Notes: generated by a model not told the origin, from the sequence alone. Counted from the stretch's first letter, positions 49,559 through 64,000 are shown. The stretch is 64,000 nucleotides of DNA from Octopus sinensis (GCF_006345805.1 NC_042999.1:129890001-129954000); one strand, 5' to 3'. Program-made: numbers and translations.

Positions 49559-52500
49559 TTTAAAACTTCTTTAATTGTCACTCTTACAATCCTCATTTCA
49601 TTGACTGTTACAACGTATAAACATTCAATAACACATTATGCTCAGAAATTTACATTCATCATCCTGCCAGTCTTAAGACAAAGACAAATATACAAGTTCT
49701 AAATCATGAAGTCTTAGTCAACTACATATTGCATATTTTCTCTTGCTCATCAAATCTCTTCCCTGCCCCCCACCCTCTTCCATTATAGTTTATCATTTCC
49801 CTTTATTCTAATTTTAACCTTAATCTGGAATTGACAATGTAGGGGTCATACAGTTTAAATGGGAAGAAGTTTAAAGAACTCTAGTTTTGTCCTACAACGT
49901 TTGAAAATATGTAGAAACTAGAGAACAAAATTATTCTTACCCAATACAAAAGAATACTTATACAATAGTATTTTAAGATGGCTGTGGTGATTTTCCTAAT
50001 TTAAAAAAAAATATTAAGTGATATACTAAATTTATACTTATTGAAAGAGAGTGGCATGGTTGGTAGTCTTGAAGAAACTAGTTTATATGAGAAATTCGAG
50101 ACTTATTATATCTCTATATTGTATCTAACAAAAACCATTAACTGTTGTAAGTTCAGTCTAACAATAAGTGATAAGCACTTTCTTAAACAAAGCTATAAAT
50201 GTAAGCGTGGCTGTGTGGTTAATAAGTCTGCTTTGCAATCTTGTGGGTTCAGGTTCAATTCCACTGTGCAATATCTTGGGTATTTTTACAATAGCTCTGG
50301 AACAACCAATTACTTGTAAGTGAAATTTGGTAGAAGGAAACTCTGTGCATGCACTTCTTTTACTTGTTTGTCATTGAACTACAGCCATGCTGGGACACCA
50401 CCTTGAAACGTACATAGTCAAACAAATCAAACTCAGTACTTATTCCATCAGCCTCTTTTGCCAGCCTGCTAAGTTACAGGGATGTAAAAAAACCAACACT
50501 GGTTGTCGAATGGTGGACAAGCACGCACATTTTATTTATACACACACATACATGATAGGCTTCTTTCAGTTTCCATCTACAAAATCCACTCATAAAAGAT
50601 TTGGTTAACTTGGGGTTATAGTAAAAGACACTTGTCTAAGGTGCTGTGCAGTTATACTGAACCCAAGACCACATGGTGTGAGTAAGCAAAATTAACTACA
50701 CAGCTACATGTATATAAATCTGTATGAATGTTAATATCTCTGGCTTTGCTTGTCATCATTTGAGTGAAACGACACCAAGCTATTCACATAACTTGTTGAC
50801 ATTATGAGTGGTTGCTCTACACATTGAAATGGAATAAAAAAAAATTCCTTACTTGAAAACAGATAAAGATTGGTAGCAGGGACAACATCTGACTATAAAA
50901 CTCTACCTCACATGTCCTCATCCAACCCATGCTAGTATGGAAAAAATGGATATTCAGATTACTTTATCAACAGTAATGCTCATTCATTCCCATTGTTTTG
51001 AATTAATCATTTCATAACTTGGAAATTTCAATGATGTGATTATTTCTTTTTAGAATGACATCATACAGTATGTGTGAAAAGCCAAATTTGGCCAGTTTTT
51101 TTTTTTTTTTCCATAAAACAGATAGAATGGAATGGCATTAGTACCAATTCTTAATTTCCTTGCTCTAGAAAATTTAAGTGAAATTACTCCAATACATAAA
51201 ATAGAGTAAGCTGCTTCCAGTCAAAGCTGGATATACCACATACTGGAGAGTTCAAAATCCAATTCTTCATTTTAATTTGAAGGAAAAATGCAATGGAATT
51301 AAAAGAAAATTGTTAAAAAACAAAAAAACAAAACAACTTTATTAATATTTTGAAAACTTTTATGAAAACAACAACAACAACAACAAAAGTTGTAAAGTAT
51401 ATAACATTGGGTTGAGATTTAGATGCAATTTCACTCAATTCCAATCTAAATTATAACAAAAGCTGAAATATCAGTTTGGGATGTTGGACACACATTGAAC
51501 CCAAACCATTGAAATCCATGCAACATTTAAACCCTAACTTAATAGTATTCAAATTGATTTAAAATAAAGAGGTCAATTTTCTTTTTTTTTTTAACTCATG
51601 ACCATTATTTTAACTTTGTATTATTATCCGAAGCACTCACATAGAGAAACTTATGTAATAACTGATGAGAACACTGAAATAAAATTTTCTGAGAAATAAA
51701 TAGTTTAATTCCTCTGCTGCCTTTTAAAAAAAATATTTATTTTTACAGCACACTAGAACTCTTAGTCATAACTAATCGTTGGAGCAAAGATCTTTATAAT
51801 CAAAACTAGAAACAAGGAGTGGAAAAAAATATGAGTTGGTTGTTAAAACAGAACTGGATTAGCACAAGTTCATTAAGTACTTTGACAACTTTTAAGTAAA
51901 ATTAAAAATCAATTTATAATGGGTTGTTGTATGTTATTAAACGTGAAAAGATATTAAACTGTTTTGTCTGTTTTTCTTTTTTAAATAAGTTTTATTTCCA
52001 TAAAGAGGCCTATAAATATTAAGTTCAAACTTGTAAAATTACAATATTATTGAAAGATATAAAGAACAACTTATTCCTCTCCTGTGGAAATTTGTGTATT
52101 TGTATGTCTTTGCAGGGTATAATTTTTCATATTTTATTACCACAGGTTTTATTAGAGAGAATAGTTGTTTAAAGAGACTATGTTTTAATTGATAAAATGC
52201 AAAGTGTGATTTAAAAAGTTTCATTGTAGTAGACCCTATTTGCTCTGGTAATTCAAGAGTGTTAATTATAATTCTATTGAAAAAGTAAATAGGTTAACAT
52301 TCAACATCAATAACCTAAAACAATTCAGTCATTTCAGGAATGATATTAATAGAGTTTTATACATTGAAAAGAATAGTATAGAACTGGATGGTTAGGTATG
52401 TTATTTAAGAATAAACTATAAGAATTGTTAATCTTTTAATTTGGTGAATTTCACATCTTTCCACATGCAATAAAACAAGTTATTTATGTTTAAAAAAAAA

Positions 52501-53254
52501 GGAAAACAAAAAAGTCTTTTTGTAATCATTCATCAATTTCTCAGATATTTGCATGCAAGTCTTTATGATAAGTAGAGGAAAACAGATATATAAAATTTCA
52601 AAAAGTACTCAAATTATAAAAATTCCAAGAAAATAATTTCTCAAAATGTTCTTTAGATTCTGAGTAGAATGGAATTTTGTGTTTTCTCTAAGAATTATTT
52701 AGTTTCTTTAGAATGTGTGTTTTGAATAAAAGTTTTGAGACTGTCTGTTAAAGAAAGTGCTGTAGAAATAGATTTTGTATTTATATTGTCACTAGTTTTA
52801 AATGTTAAACAAAGTCTTTAAACCTCTGAATAACAGATGTATGAACATAGAATTTGCATTCACATCTAAACATATGGGTGTGGATATTTACACAACATTC
52901 ATATAAATGAAATGTTTAGATTTATTTTCATAAGGAAGATCCAAAGATATGAACATAGAAATGCTCCAAGAAATGGATATTTCTGAAGAATCAATTGTCT
53001 TTTATCATAAAAGTTCCATTGAAAACAAATACTGAATTAATAGTTTATTGCATGTGATTATTATTATTGCATGTAATACAGCATTATTGTTTCACTCATT
53101 ATTGCATGGGATATCAACATTATTTCTGTGATAACTTTTCCTGCACATATTAATAGTAGTAGTAGTAGTAGTAGTAGTAGTAATAGTATTAGTGATACAG
53201 TCTCAGACTTGAGAAATTTAATAATTTATATGATCAAAATCTAATAATTTATAA

Positions 53255-53841
53255 CAGGGATCCACAACCACTGGGCCTTGGATCTTGATCCTTTGGTATT
53301 GGGCCACACAGAAAAAAAAATTTTTTTATTTTATTTCCATTTTATTGACTATTGGAGTCTGAAGGTTGTTTTTTTTCCATTATATATGTTACATATGTAA
53401 TATTGCATGAAGGTGTGTGGCTTAGTGACTAGTGTATATGGCTCATAATTGTAAGGTTGTGAGTTTAATACCTGACAGCATTTTGTGTCCTTGAGCAAGA
53501 CACTTTATTTCATGTTGCTCTAGTCTACTCAGCCTGGCAAAAATTAGCTGTACCTGTAATTAAAAAGGCCAGCTTTGTTGCATTGTGTCACATTGAATCT
53601 CCCTAAGAACTATGTTAAGGGTATGCAGGTCTGTGGACTGCTTATGAGCAGGCTGTTCCATTGATTGGATCAACTAGGAAACACTTATCATAACTGACAG
53701 AGTGACAGTTTTAGTTATATGTAATAATTAAATTATACATTATGCACTTTGTGTTTTGTTATATGCATGATCCTCTTGTCCATGGAAAAATTGTCTTGCA
53801 CGAAATCAGTTCATAATGCAAAAAAAGGTTGGGGACCGCTG
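53255..53841. mobile_element. hAT (Charlie-like) MITE with perfect 8-bp TSD, containing a SINE at ~53408-53710
   Basis: ATTTATAA|CAGGGATCCACAACC ... GGTTGGGGACCGCTG|ATTTATAA. Confidence 0.9.
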
Positions 53842-54053
53842 ATTTATAACATGAAAAAGTTATTCTGAAGATTTGGTTTTAGAATTTAAACATTAGTTAA
53901 CCAAGTATTAAAAGATTAGGGATGACATATTAAACATGTCTATGTAAAAACATCTATATTATAGAGAAATATTTCAAAGTCATGTAATGCTATATGAAGT
54001 AAATAAACAAAAAAAAAAGACATCTTTCAACATGTAGCCCAAGAACAATAATT

Positions 54054-54776
54054 GGCAGAATTCTGGTTTAAGCACTCCATATAACTCCTCATAACCTTTT
54101 TATTTCCTGCAATTTTCAGAAAACTTTTGTGAATTTGAGTTTTACATATGAAAAAATTATAAAAGAAAAATTTTTTTGTGATTTAAGGGCAATTTAGTTG
54201 TTATTTTTAGCACATTCCACAACCACGATACCTTTCTCACTCTGAAATGTATTGATGTTTTTCAATATTTTTTCCCTCCTCCATAAACACATTTAATGGA
54301 ATGATGATGCCATTGCTAGGATTTAACCCTTCTGTTACCAACCCAGCTGAAACCGGCTATGGCTCTGTAGTACAAATATCTTGTTTTCATAAGTTTTGAA
54401 TTAAAATCTTCTACCAAACCTTAGTCACAATTTATGTTCCTAACACTAGCTTAATGATAACTAAATTATTTTACTAAATTCTTTGTTATATTTAAAGTAA
54501 CTGAAAGAAGCACAGAGCATCTCAAAATAAATACAGTAACGAAAGGATTAAGCAAAAATTTCAAACTGTCTGCATTTTAAACTGATTAAAAAAAAAATTC
54601 AAAAAGTGGAAATTTTAGGATTTTGAGGAGTAAGGTTTGTTTCAAAAATGAAAAAAAGTTTTTTTTTCATAATCACATGAATTCTCATTTGCAAAAACTT
54701 TCAGAAAATTCCCCCAAAATAAAAAAGCTATGAAGGGTTATATGGGGTTATGGGGTGCTTAAACCAGAATTCTGCC
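54054..54776. mobile_element. Long-TIR non-autonomous element with a nested piggyBac-like MITE (54327-54547)
   Basis: GGCAGAATTCTGGTTTAAGCACTCCAT ... ATGGGGTGCTTAAACCAGAATTCTGCC, complementarity extends ~100 bp; inner element TTAA|CCCTTCTGTTACC ... GTAACGAAAGGA|TTAA. Confidence 0.85.
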
Positions 54777-55149
54777 CAGTAATTACTCAACTATCTGTGA
54801 ATATACTTATTTGTCCTGAAATCTATTTCTATATGAGATATCCTAATTTGTCAATACATTAGATGTGAAAAAAGCAGAACCAAAGTGTATGTAGAAGAGA
54901 TATTGTCAGATATCATAGGTTTAATGAACATTGCAGAAAGCAATATATGGACCGTTATTCATAAGAATGTTATTAATTATCTGGCTGGTTGCATAAAATA
55001 GCAACACAAGTGTCCATCATATCTGTAAATATAAGTTACAGAAAATTCAGGATATAAAAAAAAAGGGGGGGGGGATTAAGGGAAAACAACACCCGAATGG
55101 CTTATAAATGAAACTGTATGTTCACCCTTGGAGAAATAACAATAATAAT

Positions 55150-56175
55150 CCTTACTACTAAAGGCACAAGGCCTGAAATTTGGGGGAGGGAGACAGTTGA
55201 TTATATCAACCCCAGTACTCAACTGCTACTTATTTTATCAACCCTGAAAGGATAAAAGGTAAAGTTCACCTTGGCGGAATTTGAACTCAAAATGTAAAGG
55301 CGGACAAAATGCTAAGTATATTGTCCATCGTGCTAATGATTCTGCCAGCTTACCACCTTAATAATAATGCTGCTTTCTACTATAGTCACAAGGCCTGAAA
55401 TTTCATGGGGAGGGGGCTAATTGATTACATTGATCCCAGTGTTTCACTGGTACTTAATTTATTGACCCCAAAAGGATGAAAGGCAAAGTCAACCTCGGCG
55501 GCATTTGAACTCAGAACATAAAGACGGACAAAGCACCTCCTCCAATATGCTAACAATTCTGCCAGCTCACTGCTTCTATGATAATCTTAATTTGGTCTCA
55601 AGGCTAGAAAGATTTTAAGAGGAAGGGAGAAGCTGTTTCTGTCAACCTCAGTACTTGACTGTTACTTTATTGAGCTTGAAAGGATGGAAGGCAAAGTTGA
55701 TCTTGGCATGAACTGAACTCAGAACATAAAGAGCAGGAATATGTGCCACTAAGCATTTTGTCTGATGAGCTGATTCTGCCAGCTCACTGCCTTAATAATG
55801 ATAAAATAAATAAAAATAATATTTTCTACAATGCCAGCATTTTGAGGAGAAGGGAAGTCAATTGCATTGACCCTAGTGCTCAAGCAATACTTATTTTATT
55901 GACTCAGAAAGAATAAAAGATATGCCAACGATTTTGCCAACTCACCACCTTAATGATAATTCTTTCTACTATAGGCACAAGGCCTGCAATTTTGGGGAAC
56001 AAGGTTAATCAATTACATCGATCCCAGGCTTTACTGGTACTTATTTTATTGAACCTGACAGAATGAGTGGCTAAGTGGACCTTGGTGGAATTTCAACTCA
56101 GAATGTAAAGACAGATGAAATGCTGCAAAGTATATTGCCTGGGCTTGCTAACAATTCTGCCAGCTCACCGCCTTA
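55150..56175 (-). mobile_element. Head-to-tail array of about five SINE units
   Basis: Repeating GGCACAAGGCCTGAAATTT...AAAGGATGAAAGGCAAAGT...TTCTGCCAGCTCAC.GCCTTAATAAT units of ~200 bp. Confidence 0.85.
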
Positions 56176-59100
56176 ATTAAAAAATAAAATAAGTTAAATA
56201 AAAAAATTAAAAAATGGATACGATGAACCAACAGAAAACAACAGCATTTTGGGTATTGGTGATTTCAATGAATAACTAAGATGTTTTCTCAAAATATTGA
56301 AGTACGCTCAATTCTGAACAATATGAAATGGAAGGGAGTATAAATTGTAGCTTCATGTGTAATGATAGTGATATAGGTATGTCAAAGATCATATAAATGT
56401 TGAAAAGAGAGAAGGCGGTGGTGAAGGAGAAAAATGTGAGGGATCACAGAATTCAGCTAATATGTGCTAATGTTTTTATCAGCTTTCTTTTCTGAAATAT
56501 TGTTACCAATCCATTTTGTTGTGAGATTGGGCATGTTCATACTCATCTACATCTCTGTGAATGTGTATATTTTAACTCTATTGAATGCTCATCTATGTCT
56601 GTATGAGTGTTGTTCTCACATTTAGAAAACTCAAATAATTGAAATGATACTTTAGGGACAACTGCAAAGCTTAAAGCCCAAGATGATTTGTGTAAATTAT
56701 TTGACCGAGAGCAAAAGTTAAGTAATGTTGGTATGTTATTTGGTACACATTTATGTGTTGGATGATAATTTTCTCTGATCTTTTTGCTACTGGTAATGTG
56801 TGATGGATCTTTAAGGTGTTCAAAAGTTTGGACTTTGTACCAAATATAAATAAACTCAACAACATATACCAACATCACAGTTAATCATTAAAACATCTAA
56901 AACACTTGCAACTAAACTTATACACCATTCGGAGTTGGTGTACAACAGTTTACTTATCCACAATACATAAAGAAACTAACATCAATAATTTTCTCAGCAG
57001 GCCTTGAATACACAAAATAATTTTCCCTTTATATAAATACTGTAAGAGAGAGAGAGATCATCATCTAATGACTTTTCCATGCTGGTATGTGTTGGACAGG
57101 TTGACAGGAACTGGCTACACCTGGTTCTGTAACTTGGTTTCTATGGCTGGATGTTCTTCCTAATGCTAAACTCTTATCTGTCCACAAACTAATATACAAA
57201 ACACAAAGGAAAGCATTTTTTAATCTCTTAATCTCTAATAATAACCACACAAACAACTGCAGTCATCATATTATCACATGACCCATATTTGCTAAATGGC
57301 TTGTCATCAACTCAAAATTTAAAACTACACATAATATACAAAAATAATATAACAAACAACAAAATCAAACAAATCCTGTACTGCCTAATTTCAAATAGTA
57401 GGCATATAATACAAAGTAATCAATTAGCAGTTATTAAATTTCATAACGAAAGACTAACATTCTATTGTCACAAGAAAATTCAATATTTATAACTTGACCT
57501 AATACAAACAACGTTGAAATTATAGACACCACTATGAAAATTAATAGATACAACATACGATTTCAGTGCTCCAGCATAGGCACAGCCCACTGTATAGAAT
57601 ACATAAAATAACAACTACACAGCCATCAAAATTTCTCATAAACCAATGTTTCATATAAAGATCGTACACAACAGACTAGCACACACAATTACAAACTATT
57701 TGAGTGTAAATGAAGAGATCCCAAACACCACTAACATGACACAGAGTGTGGAGAGGAGGCAGGAAGTCGAATACTCTACAGCAAGTGATGTGAGAGTAGG
57801 TAAATGAAATGACTAAATGATATTAAAAGTATTTAGTTGAAGAGGGATTGGCAATCTTCATAACTTTTGTAGACCTTCCAAAGTTGGTGAAATCATGTAA
57901 CTGATGAAGATAATGGTATGTGTACAATGTGTATCTGTTGTGCTAAAGTCAAATTCTTTATTTCAATGTAACAATGTTATTTCATACATTTTTAACGTAA
58001 GAAAGTCAAATCTCCTGCTCTTTTTGGACAATATACATTTTATGTATTGAAGCCAGGTTTTATAAACAAAAACATTTCGAAAATTTTTTTTTAAATGTCT
58101 GAACAAAATGCTCTGTAAAATAACTATTTTTCACTTGTTCAGAAAAAACATGCTCCCACCATCTTTTTTTTAAAAATCAACTTTACACCTAAAATTTAAA
58201 AAAAGCCTTCAAAAGAAAAGATATATAAAAAGATCTGTATAAATATTCACTAAATAAAAAAAACATTTCCCAAGAAATTAGGATAGTATTAATACAGTCA
58301 GATCTAGACTAGGAAATTGTCAACTTCATAAATGAAGAATGAATAAAATTATTTTAAGAAATCAAATCATATGGGTTGGAAGACTATATCAATTGATGAT
58401 CATTTATTAATTAAGCAAGACAAATTTGAAGAAGTAAAATTTAATGTTTTACAAGAGATATAATACAGAGTCTGCAATAAAACATGAACCCTAGGAACCA
58501 AAAGACTGGTGCCCAAACCACATAGCTGTTAGGTATTTTCAAATGATAAACTATTTGATAAATTAATTTTACATTATCTATTTCAATGAATTCTTTTAAT
58601 TTACATACATTATTAGTGGTTGTCTAATGCTTGTGAGTTGATATCCCTATATTGAAAACCCTATATGGTATGTTTGTTAGTGATGAAGATCTGTAATATA
58701 TTTTAGAATGTTAAAAATAAAATAATGAAAAACATACTAACCATTAAGAGCACAACATTTTTGTTAATCAAAAGACAAGATTTTAGTTGTATTTTGAGCA
58801 ATAAGGGGATTTCCCTTTAATAGATCTTTGATAATTATCACAAGTTAATCACAAATGTAAAATAAAAACAAGAATGTCTGCATCAACTTTACAATTATAT
58901 ATACAACCATCTACATTTGTATATATACATTTATGTATGCATATATCTGTGATATATTGTACAAACAGTGTACTGATCAATATCATAAAATTTATTCGAT
59001 CACAATATCACAAAATATATGTAATATTCTTAAATAAAAAAATGTACTGTGCTTTCAGAAAATATGAAATGCAGAGTAATAGTACTTAATTTATCCAAAG

Positions 59101-62100
59101 TATACTCTGGATACATATTTGAATAAAAACTGAGGAGAAATGAAGTTGAAAATGGTAAAAAAAATCACATTGGACAGTTATATGTAAACTATAGTTATGA
59201 CAGAACTGAATGATGAATCTAAAGAGATTTCCAAGTATTTTGTATTTTTTTTACATGTCACTAGCAGTTAATTTTAATGTATTCAGATAATGTGCATTGT
59301 AGTGAAATAAACAAATGCAAAGTTTGCCCTATTCAAGCAGATCCATGATCAAAGATGTTCTAGCTATGACCATCTTGTATGTTTTAGCTTCTAGTACAAA
59401 AGAATGTAATTTGAGGGAAATTTGACTGCTTCAGTAGGTCAAGCAACTGCAGAGGTTCCCAAATTAGCTCACTGTTGAAAAGTGATATATCTCCAGTGGC
59501 ACACAGATGGTTGATAAATACAGTTATTAACAGTAATGTATGTACTATTTGTTAGATGTGATGTAAATTATATATTAGCAGTGTGCGTTACAGAACGTTT
59601 GGATTTGAACTAAGCATATTATCATTTTCCCAGATAATAAAACTTACAAATGTAGTTACCATTTTTACTGGATAACTAGTTTTGGTTGGACTGGCATAAG
59701 TAAGAGATTCAAAACATGTATAGAAGCACTTTAAATTTTATCAAAATGATGATACTAAAAAAAAAAACTAGAAACAAAAAAAAATAATCCAAATTATTCT
59801 TGAACAAATTTTGATTTATACATAGCAGGTATGATGTTTTAAAAAAATGAATATTTTATTTTTATTTTAAAAAATCTCCCCAAAAAAACTGAAAAACAAA
59901 TCTTTACAGAGTTTTTATTTTGGAGAAAAATACAAATGAAATGAAAGGTAAAATATTTATAACAAACTGACAACAAATTATATATATTTGTAATTTAATT
60001 TTTTTTTTAAATTCACAAATACTTGACACAACTTGATTAAAAACAATTTACCTAGATACAATAGTGAGTGAGATTGTATATATGTATGAAAGAAAAAAAA
60101 AGAGAGGAGGGATGAAGATGATAAATATTTTACACAGCATGGGAGAATATATATCAGAAAATGATAAATACCCAATAATGTCTGGTAATAAGTCAACAAG
60201 TGGCTCATTCTTCACACAACAAGTTGTCAAATAAAATAGGAGCGTTCAGTGAGTCCAATTGCTCTAAGTAGCATAAAATCTAACACAAGGACACTTGAGT
60301 TGGATATGACACCCCTACAACTGAACTTATTAAATTCTCCTGGTGAAAAACTGTTGCTGAGGTAGAACATCACTTGTTTCCTCAGATTCCGGATTATACC
60401 CCTAACAAATGAAATATTGATGATACCTAATACAAACTGTTAAATAATTATAAACATGAAGACACTTCAGAATACTTTCCTTTTATTTTAGGTAGCAAGA
60501 AAATACTCTGTACCAGTTTGTTATATATATTCGTATTAAAAAACAAATTTGAATAGTTTATTTGAAATGAACATAAGAAAAATTGGTTTATTCTTCATTT
60601 ATAAAGAATAAAATAGGTTTCCAGAATACGCAAAAAGCTTTGATCAATCTTTTAATCAGAACAACAATGCAATATTCAACCAATATAAAACAATATACAA
60701 TCCAACTGATTGTACTCAACAACTATTTCTGCACTGCAGATTACTTTGATATTGGTAGGATGTGTGTTTTCCCTAACTGGCATCAGGGATGAGCAAAGAA
60801 ATAATGTATACCAAAGGTGAAACCAAGTCCATCAGTCAAGCTTCAAACTGCTGAAGACCCAAAGATGTGTGTGTGTGTGTGTGTGAAAGATATTAAAAAG
60901 GTAAACTGTTTCAGTCAGAACCTAGAGTTAAAAATGAAGTAATATATGAACATATCAGTGATATTTTACTTGAAAGTATGCTGAATGTGATGGACGGTTA
61001 GCTGGTAGAATAATTTTGACAAAGACTTATAGTTGTACATTGGCAGAATAAGTTTGTCTATAATATCCACATGATTAAAAAAAATTACAAGGACAGAGAA
61101 TTCCAAATAAAAAATATTTGGTAAGAAATTTTAAATTATAAAGAAACTAAAGTAAGAAGTGAAAGAATTCTGACATTACCAAAAAAAGAAAAAAAAAACT
61201 CATCAATACAATGAGATACAAATCACTTCAATAGAATAAGATGGCATGTCATTTCATTATAACAGTCTTGGAACATTATTTCCCCAAACTATATATTCTT
61301 TTGAATATAGTAGAAATACATTTTACAATAAGGTGAAGATCAAAATAGCTAAATGCTGATCTACTGATAAAAATTTTTTTAAATCATATAATAAACTAGT
61401 TAAATAGTCTTTCACAATATATCACATTAGTAATTAATGTGAGTTTCATTTTAGCAGACCAGTAATTCCACTGGTAAGTGTATTCCATAACTGAGATGTA
61501 GTTTATTCAGAAACACAAAGCTTCATGAAAGCTGTAGCTATGTCTTACGAGAGGACCTCGAGGCAATGCGAAACTTCCAGTAATACTATCTTAATTATGT
61601 AATTTAACACTGTAAAATACATACACTGAATTATCATGTTAGTTATTGAATAGCATGGCATGTGGACCAATATGGACCAATATGACAATAGTATTTTAAT
61701 TTAATTGCAAATATTAAGTTCAATTAGGAAGAGGTGGGAAAATAAGTGACAGAAGGATAAAATCAAAGAATACAAAGGAAATTCAGTATTTTGGATAGAA
61801 TAGTTAATGACCAGGTTGTGTAAAGATAAAAGAATTGGAAAAAAAGACCCTTTCAAGATTTAAAAAAAAAACAGGTATTGCAATTAGAGATAAAGAAGTA
61901 TTATAATTAGAAGGGGAAAACAGTGAAGTTGGTATTTTTGTTAAAAACAAACAACAAATATCATTTAATATAAAGTTGTACATGCCTTTATAATCTGTGG
62001 AGATCAATTTCTAATCATTGTGGATTTCTTAAAAGATTAAAATATCTTCAAATTACATGGTTCAATGCAAATAGAGAATTGATTGTGCGTCAAAAGAAAC

Positions 62101-62208
62101 CATTAAAATTTTTGCAAAGACTGATAGGGTGTTTTCTTTCTCATGTGAAGCAGAAGAAAACATGGCTTTACTGTTGACAGTGGACTTTTCTGGAAATGTT
62201 GCTTCAAT

Positions 62209-62235
62209 TCATTTATAATGGCAAGGTTTATTCAC
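62209..62235 (-). other. Possible terminal exon (VNKPCHYK*) of a gene extending beyond the right edge
   Basis: Good minus-strand acceptor TCTGTATTTTCAG|GTG, then several kb of repeat-poor, strand-biased sequence; no recognisable homology. Confidence 0.3.
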
Positions 62236-62334
62236 CTGAAAATACAGATTTTATCTAATTATAATGTACAGATTTTATAAAGATACTTTTCACAAATCCT
62301 ATAACAACAACAATAATAATAGGAATTACAGATT

Positions 62335-63257
62335 TGAGATGTATTCCAGAAGTTTTGAGACTTTTCAGGAGAGACATCTCTTTTACTCTTTTACCTGTTT
62401 CAGTCATTTGACTGTGGCCATGCTAGATTACCACCTTTAGTCAAGCAAATCAACCTCAGGGCTTATTCTTTGTAAGCCAAGTACTTTTTCTATCAGTCTC
62501 TTATGCCGAACCGCTAAGTTACGGGGACATAAACACACCACCATCGTTTGTCAAGAGATGTTAGGGGAACAAACATACACACACACACACATTATATACA
62601 TATACACACGACGGTCTTCTTTCAGTCTCCATCTACCAAATCCACTCACAAGGCTTTAGTCGGCCCGAGGCTATAGTAGAAGACACTTGCCCAAGGTGCC
62701 ATGCAGTGGGAATGAATCCGGAACCATGTAGTTGGTAAGCAAGCTACTTACCACACACAGCCACTCTTGTGCCTATTAATCTATTAATTTTAAAGAAGTA
62801 CAAAATTAATTTCCTCCAACGCAGGATCCTCTGACTTCAGTGCACTTGTTTTAGTACTCTTGCTACTTCAAGAAGACTCTATGGAAGTCCTCCAAAACAA
62901 AGGTATCTAGGACCCTTGTCACAGCCTCCTCCTCCTCCTCAATGAGGTTCTTTTTCAGCTTGGGAAAAAACAAAAAAGTCACATGGTCTGGGCTGTAGGG
63001 AGGGTGAGGGACAGTTTTGATGCCCATCCCTGTCAAGCAGTTGTTTACCAGGATGGAATTGTGAGAAGCAGTGTTTAGTAAGCTGTGACAAGTTGTGTTC
63101 AAAGTGTTGTTACAGCTGTCTCCTTCAATTTGGAATAACAAAAGTTGGCAGGTCAGCTTATTAGACGTATAGTAATGATATACTAAAATTACAATATTCT
63201 AGGAAAGTTATAACTTCCACTCCAAAAAATGTCTCAAAACTTCTGATATGCACCTCA
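62335..63257 (-). mobile_element. Internally deleted mariner element with a nested SINE (62380-62773)
   Basis: Imperfect TIRs TGAGATGTATTCCAGAAGTTTTGAGAC / GTCTCAAAACTTCTGATATGCACCTCA|TA; remnant MGIKTVPHPPYSPD..FLFFPKLKKNL (mariner HPPYSPDLAP motif). Confidence 0.85.
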
Positions 63258-64000
63258 TATACTAACAGGTTTAATTTTCATTTGTGAACCAATTTGGGAA
63301 GTTTAGTTGAAACAATCATTTTTAGAGCTAGAGGCCATTTTGCTTCATTACTTCCCTTGAAGTAGAACGCAATCAATTAAGGAAACGAGCAGCCACAGTT
63401 AAATGTCTTATTAAAGAACACAACATAAGAAATAAAGTAGTAAGATTTGAACTTATGTGCCTCTTATGCTAAAGATTCTTTAAAATGCTTGTATTTGGTT
63501 GTATGGGTCAGCTGGAGGGTAAGGGTAAAGAGTACATTTTAGGTAAATATTGACATATTTTCATGAAGTATTATTAATAAAAACTTGCAACTTTAACTAA
63601 GTATTTTACAAAAAAATAAACTTTATATAGAAAAGAGAAAAATAAATTTCAACAATAAACTAACCTGGAATTAAACTGGAAGATTGAATATTAAAAGATT
63701 GCTTCTGATCCTTGTGGTTCTTTAGTGTTTAGGAAACTCACCAATAAATGTTTAATACTTTGGTTCTATGGAATTAAAATAGAAAATGCAATTATGAGTT
63801 AGAATTTTTATTCTGACAAAAAAAAAAAATCTAACATCTAAAGTATGCGAGAACATGCTTTTATATTTTTGTATTCATCTGAATGGGTTTTCAGAATCCT
63901 CTCATTTTAGCTCTCCATATTTTATTTGTATTTTTTTCACAATAAATCAATAACTGAGACTTCTTAATAAGCAAAGTAAGTTCTTCAGGGAAATCATACA

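Noticed and set aside
55150-56175. CRISPR-like periodic array (also 19101-19530)
   Set aside because: Units are ~200-bp SINEs or ~67-bp tandem repeats with no unique spacers; no cas genes; eukaryotic context.
61455-61473. Plus-strand 19-nt microexon (TTTTAG|...CTG|GTAAGT)
   Set aside because: Not frame-preserving and no plus-strand host gene nearby; likely chance.

Overview
Eukaryotic, AT-rich, repeat-dense animal genomic DNA. The SINE and LINE families resemble those I recall from Octopus (coleoid cephalopod); this assignment is an inference, not a database result. Three protein-coding genes are well supported. (1) Exon 1 of COP9 signalosome subunit 6 (COPS6/CSN6), minus strand, 7439-7241; the rest appears to lie left of the window. 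(2) A complete 10-exon, 505-aa secreted/lysosomal serine peptidase of family S28 (K12H4.7/PRSS16-like), plus strand, 14623-36870, with all GT-AG junctions in phase and an intact Ser-Asp-His triad. (3) An intronless 673-aa FG-GAP type I membrane protein resembling plant DEX1 (DEFECTIVE IN EXINE FORMATION 1), minus strand, 45871-43850. A possible terminal exon and long 3' UTR of a fourth gene lies at about 62235-56200 (minus, weak support). The rest is SINEs, RTE and L1/Tx1 LINE fragments, Tc1/mariner relics, piggyBac/hAT/pogo-type MITEs (several nested), Helitron pieces, microsatellites and one 100-N gap. Most short ORFs in the supplied track are noise from repeats. I found no clearly new multi-gene system. 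The best leads are the DEX1-like gene with a KxKxx tail, a duplicated ~260-bp element in the COPS6 intron, a tRNA-headed element with a degenerate hammerhead-like motif, and long inverted repeats.
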